From an uncultured virus (IMG/VR IMGVR_UViG_3300027278_000424) (taxonomy: Duplodnaviria; Heunggongvirae; Uroviricota; Caudoviricetes), in the IMG/VR virus record IMGVR_UViG_3300027278_000424: a DNA stretch of 20,000 nt. One strand, given 5' to 3'. Made by a program: the position numbers and the translations under genes. A model generated the notes under the pieces. It searched no databases. It was given only the letters and a program-made list of their open reading frames with translations, and was not told where the DNA came from. The first letter of the stretch is position 1; each line of letters starts with the position of its first letter. Positions 16,609-20,000 of the stretch are shown piece after piece.

Positions 16609-16644
16609 TTGTCTAATAGAAATATTCTTCTTATATTAAGGTAT
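16606..16644 (+). promoter_or_regulatory. promoter-like repeat, copy 11
   Basis: TAGTTG-N20-TATATTAAGGTAT; nearly identical to copy 10. Confidence 0.75.
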
Positions 16645-16664
16645 AATTAAAAAGGTAAAAGGTT

Positions 16665-17459
16665 ATGACACGTACAGAAATTTTAAAGATTAGATTAGAC
16701 GAGCTTAGTAATGAAAATACCAAGCTTGATGCTAGAGTAAGAAACTTGTATATTAGAAGACAGAAAGAACTTATTAATGTCTTAAGAGACTGGTTTATTC
16801 CTTTCAATATAGAAGATCAAGATGTTACTTTCAACTTTACTGAGTATAGAGTTGAGGTATTGAAAAAACAAAAAGAAGAAAATAAGGCCATCTTCTGGTT
16901 TAAATTGAGAGAAGAGTGGAACGATAAAACTACTTTTACTGGATTTGAACTAAATAGTTATTATGGAGGAGCGATAATTAGCGATGATACTGTTACAACA
17001 ATGATATTAACTGCTAAATGGAGTCAGTTTGTATTAGATTATCAAGATGATATTATTGCCGAACTTAATATGGTTCAAGAGAGATATGAAAAGTATATAA
17101 CTATACTAAGAGATAAACAATATGAGTTGAAAAAGTCTATCAATCAACAGCAATCAGATATTAATGAGTTGAGAAAAGAAGAGATCTTATCTAAACTAAC
17201 TACTGAAGGAATAGAGTTAGATACAAATAAGAAAGAGAATAAGGATTCATATCTTCCATCTTTAGAAGTAAAGTTTGATTGGACTTTAAGATCAGTTAAA
17301 GCGTTAAAAGTTTTGAGAATGACTACTTCTAAAAAGTCAGCTGATGTTGAAGTTACAACAAGAGATTGGCAAGGAGGTTTACACAAAACAATAGTAGAAA
17401 GAGTCAGAATGGATAATATTTTAGGCTTTGTAAGATACAATGAGGATATAATAATTTAA
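16665..17459 (+). CDS. hypothetical coiled-coil protein
   Basis: 264 aa with heptad-like charged segments. Confidence 0.75.
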   Translation: MTRTEILKIRLDELSNENTKLDARVRNLYIRRQKELINVLRDWFIPFNIEDQDVTFNFTEYRVEVLKKQKEENKAIFWFKLREEWNDKTTFTGFELNSYYGGAIISDDTVTTMILTAKWSQFVLDYQDDIIAELNMVQERYEKYITILRDKQYELKKSINQQQSDINELRKEEILSKLTTEGIELDTNKKENKDSYLPSLEVKFDWTLRSVKALKVLRMTTSKKSADVEVTTRDWQGGLHKTIVERVRMDNILGFVRYNEDIII

Positions 17460-17462
17460 GTT

Positions 17463-17729
17463 ATGGTAGAAATATTTCCAGCATATAGAAAAGCAATTAA
17501 AGTTATAGAATCTAGTGAAACATTACAACATTTGGAAGGTGCTAGAAAGTTTATTAATAACTTCTTCAGAGCTTATTCAATTCCTTACGAAGTCAGAAAA
17601 AGAAAGTTTGGTTGGGAGAACTTAAATAGTGAAACAAAAGTTGAAATAAGACAGCCTAATACGCTAGCAGCACATATGTATGAAGAACTGTTAATCATAC
17701 TTGAAACAAAAGAAGCTAAATTTCAATGA
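17463..17729 (+). CDS. hypothetical protein
   Basis: 88 aa, GTTATG start. Confidence 0.7.
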   Translation: MVEIFPAYRKAIKVIESSETLQHLEGARKFINNFFRAYSIPYEVRKRKFGWENLNSETKVEIRQPNTLAAHMYEELLIILETKEAKFQ

Positions 17730-17848
17730 GGGCACTAGCAAGACCAACCAGACTAAAATTATCACACAATCCTACTTCTCTACTGATTGTTTCAATACAG
17801 AAGAAGTTAAGAAGAGAGAAGAGGAAGAAAGCTTATAGGATGTCATAA
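17726..17848 (+). CDS. 40-aa Arg/Lys-rich peptide, not in ORF track
   Basis: MRALARPTRLKLSHNPTSLLIVSIQKKLRREKRKKAYRMS*; ATGA-coupled to the upstream gene. Confidence 0.55.
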   Translation: MRALARPTRLKLSHNPTSLLIVSIQKKLRREKRKKAYRMS

Positions 17849-17881
17849 CCCCTATATTATGTTTTTAATTATTATTAGAAG

Positions 17882-17915
17882 AGCCGGTAGACGTCATAAC
17901 CCTACCGGTTTTTTT
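17882..17915 (+). terminator. intrinsic terminator
   Basis: AGCCGGTAG-loop-CTACCGGTT stem followed by a T-run, just before promoter copy 12. Confidence 0.8.
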
Positions 17916-17935
17916 ATTGAAAATAATTAACAAAA

Positions 17936-17974
17936 GAGTAGGTTCGTATTGTTATTCTTCTTATATTAAGGTAT
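17936..17974 (+). promoter_or_regulatory. promoter-like repeat, copy 12
   Basis: GAGTAG-N20-TATATTAAGGTAT. Confidence 0.75.
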
Positions 17975-17995
17975 AGAAATTAAAAGATAAAGGTT

Positions 17996-18298
17996 ATGAC
18001 AATTACAGCAATTAAAAAAGAAAACTTCAAAGCAGTTAAAGACTTATTAATCAAGAAGTACAACGCTTACAACATCGAAAATGAAGGTAACTACTTTCAT
18101 ATGTTTATCGATTTTGAAGATGAAACTCTACAATGTGAATTAACAAGAGATTGTTCATTCGGAAGCTGGGATGCAACTAAACTTTCAGGTGAGGGATGGA
18201 CACAAGAAGAGATAGCTAAACAAGCAGCTGCTGAAAGATTAGAAAATGAAGTTTATGCTGATATGAAAAAAATAACTAAAGAAATAGTTTCTAGTTAG
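17996..18298 (+). CDS. hypothetical protein
   Basis: 100 aa, AAAGGTTATG start. Confidence 0.7.
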   Translation: MTITAIKKENFKAVKDLLIKKYNAYNIENEGNYFHMFIDFEDETLQCELTRDCSFGSWDATKLSGEGWTQEEIAKQAAAERLENEVYADMKKITKEIVSS

Positions 18299-18323
18299 AA
18301 ATATTATTCTTATATTTAGGTAT
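18285..18323 (+). promoter_or_regulatory. promoter-like repeat, copy 13
   Basis: TAGTTT-N20-TATATTTAGGTAT. Confidence 0.7.
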
Positions 18324-18454
18324 AATAGTTGGGGTAAGTATATCGGTATGGAGCAAGTCCGATGTTAAAGAGTCCCTAGAGAGTAATTGGCTGAAATCAT
18401 CCTAACCCTACCAGAAGTTAGGTTTCAACTCACTACCCAACATTATACTTTTTT
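18320..18454 (+). ncRNA. candidate ~130-nt structured RNA
   Basis: GTATAAT/ATTATAC and GTTGGG/CCCAAC outer stem; inner ATATCGG/CCGATGT; nested GAGT/ACTC, TGAAA/TTTCA, CCTAAC/GTTAGG; starts at the promoter repeat and ends in T6. Confidence 0.55.
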
Positions 18455-18474
18455 AAACTAAACAAATAAAGGTT

Positions 18475-18597
18475 ATGATTGAAACAAGAGAACTACTTAG
18501 AGAAGAATTAAGATTACTACTTGACGGTACAAACAATGTAGCGGAGACAGTAGAAGAGATCATCGCACACATCAGATGGAGAGAAGATAATTTATAA
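18475..18597 (+). CDS. 40-aa small protein, not in ORF track
   Basis: MIETRELLREELRLLLDGTNNVAETVEEIIAHIRWREDNL*; AAAGGTTATG start. Confidence 0.7.
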   Translation: MIETRELLREELRLLLDGTNNVAETVEEIIAHIRWREDNL

Positions 18598-18617
18598 TTC
18601 TAAAACAAATAAAAGTT

Positions 18618-18848
18618 ATGGCAACAGGATACAATTCAGTAATTAAGATCGAATGTATAAAAGGTTTCATTCCGGAAGGAGGAGATCTAGTAATAATGAA
18701 AGGAGATAGATTCTATCAATCTTCAGACTTCAGCGATGATTGGATTGGAGAGGTAGATGGAAGAATGGAAGGAATGATTATATCTTTCTACACAGAACAA
18801 CTAGCAAATAACTTTCAATTTGTAGGTAGAAAAATCTCCTTATATTAG
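18618..18848 (+). CDS. hypothetical protein
   Basis: 76 aa, AAAAGTTATG start. Confidence 0.7.
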   Translation: MATGYNSVIKIECIKGFIPEGGDLVIMKGDRFYQSSDFSDDWIGEVDGRMEGMIISFYTEQLANNFQFVGRKISLY

Positions 18849-18884
18849 TAGGTTCGTATTGATATTCTTCTTATATTAAGGTAT
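18846..18884 (+). promoter_or_regulatory. promoter-like repeat, copy 14
   Basis: TAGTAG-N20-TATATTAAGGTAT. Confidence 0.75.
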
Positions 18885-18904
18885 AGAAATTAAAAATAAA
18901 GGTT

Positions 18905-19411
18905 ATGACAATTCAAAACGTATTATCATTAGAGAATTTAGTAGATGTTCAAGCGGTATTATCTGCAGCAACAAGAAGGGTAATTGAGTTAAAAAATAAC
19001 TTACCATCCTTTCCGGAAGTTAAAAAGCAGGCTGTTACTTTGAAGAAAGAGTTCAGAGCTTTAGTAAACGACGATTCTAAATACTATAATGACGATTTGA
19101 CTGGCCGTGTTGAGATGATGAAGAATGAAGACGGGTCTAGATATTATGAAGGTTCGTTTAAAGTTATACCTTCAACAGGTCAAGAAGGAGTATATGATGA
19201 GGATTTTGGTTCACTTGCCGGACAGCCTAGATATGGATACAAATTTCAACTTGATTCTCCAGACCAGACATTAGAGATTGTTAATAAAGTATTACCAAAA
19301 GGATGGACTACAGAAGTTAAAATCGATAAGGGCTTAGTTCATGAAGGTGACGATTTAGTACCTTATTCTTCTTATTTAGTAAGTGTAAAATCTCCAAACT
19401 TTTTTAAGTAA
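18905..19411 (+). CDS. hypothetical protein
   Basis: 168 aa, AAAGGTTATG start. Confidence 0.75.
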   Translation: MTIQNVLSLENLVDVQAVLSAATRRVIELKNNLPSFPEVKKQAVTLKKEFRALVNDDSKYYNDDLTGRVEMMKNEDGSRYYEGSFKVIPSTGQEGVYDEDFGSLAGQPRYGYKFQLDSPDQTLEIVNKVLPKGWTTEVKIDKGLVHEGDDLVPYSSYLVSVKSPNFFK

Positions 19412-19412
19412 A

Positions 19413-19451
19413 TAGTTGTTTCGTATTGATATTCTTCTTATATTAAGGTAT
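19413..19451 (+). promoter_or_regulatory. promoter-like repeat, copy 15
   Basis: TAGTTG-N20-TATATTAAGGTAT. Confidence 0.75.
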
Positions 19452-19471
19452 AATTAAAAACAATAAGAGTT

Positions 19472-19984
19472 ATGGCAAATTATTTATCAGTAAACAAAAA
19501 GTATTCATCGTTTAATTCTCAACTTGCTCAGTCAGAAAAGAATGACTGCTTTGTAAGAGCGTTAGCTGTTGCAGGTGAAACAGATTATCAAACAGCTCAT
19601 CAAATAGCTAAAGATGTATTTGGAAGAAGAGAGAAGAAAGGAACTTTAGGTTATATGATTCACTCTGCATTCTTAAAAGCAGAAGCTGCAGGAATGATGT
19701 TAGGAGGTAAAAAGCTTGAGGTAGCGGTATTAGGTAGAAGAGATACCAAAAATAGATATAAGGTTAAAGGAGAAGTAATTTGGAGACAAAAGACTCTAAA
19801 AAGCTTTATCGAATCTCATCCAGTAGGAAATTATATCGTTACAGTTGCCGGACATGCATTAGCAGTAATAGATGGAGAGTTAGCAGATTGGTCTAAAGAA
19901 GGATTCAAACCTACTCGTAAAGTTCAAGCAGCTTATAGAGTTCATCCTCAACAAATAGCATCTCAATTAAGTCTATTTGAATAG
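19472..19984 (+). CDS. phage protein with putative Cys-His-Asp (papain-like) motif
   Basis: NDCFVRALA...VAGHALAVIDG..AD. Confidence 0.6.
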   Translation: MANYLSVNKKYSSFNSQLAQSEKNDCFVRALAVAGETDYQTAHQIAKDVFGRREKKGTLGYMIHSAFLKAEAAGMMLGGKKLEVAVLGRRDTKNRYKVKGEVIWRQKTLKSFIESHPVGNYIVTVAGHALAVIDGELADWSKEGFKPTRKVQAAYRVHPQQIASQLSLFE

Positions 19985-20000
19985 GAAAATAAATGGGGAA

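Noticed and set aside
2306..17440. All minus-strand ORFs in the track (2306, 3695, 6082, 9200, 10652, 13686, 15004, 15642, 16242, 17144)
   Set aside because: Short antisense shadows of well-supported + strand genes or promoters, with no recognisable motifs.
18320..18454. tRNA or hammerhead ribozyme
   Set aside because: No TTCRA T-loop or cloverleaf, and no CTGANGA/GAAA core in the right arrangement.
525..19451. Dispersed repeats as a CRISPR array or integron attC sites
   Set aside because: Copies are separated by whole genes of variable length, are not palindromic, sit at a near-fixed distance before ATGs, and no cas or integrase gene is in the window.
1..20000. Stop-codon reassignment, as in some large Bacteroidota phages
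   Set aside because: thyA, fpr and the other genes are full length in the standard code, and TAG, TGA and TAA all end genes at sensible boundaries.

Overview
AT-rich, densely coding window with every credible gene on the + strand. It most likely comes from a large dsDNA phage of a Bacteroidota host (inference: Bacteroidota-style promoter geometry, A-rich AAAGGTTATG starts with no properly spaced Shine-Dalgarno, lipoproteins, thyA, many short orphan ORFs). Two things dominate. (1) An enzyme cluster at about 1.8-8.0 kb: a cytidylyltransferase; a 734-aa protein with a circularly permuted ATP-grasp-like N-terminus and three tandem Hint (intein-like) domains; an unannotated 46-aa ORF; three 2OG-Fe(II) oxygenases plus a deleted remnant of a fourth; and two DxD glycosyltransferase-like proteins. 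This is a candidate phage peptide/protein tailoring system, and several of its enzymes share a K-x(0-2)-[S/T]-x(0-1)-aliphatic-aliphatic C-terminus. (2) Fifteen dispersed copies of a ~39-bp promoter-like repeat (AGTWG-N20-TATATTWAGGTAT) divide the window into small gene cassettes, two of which begin with structured-RNA candidates. Also present: thyA, a CDGSH-like/ferredoxin-NADP reductase fusion, three HExxH proteins, and GIY-YIG-like, SWIM and GNAT genes. All calls come from motif reading by eye; no searches were run.
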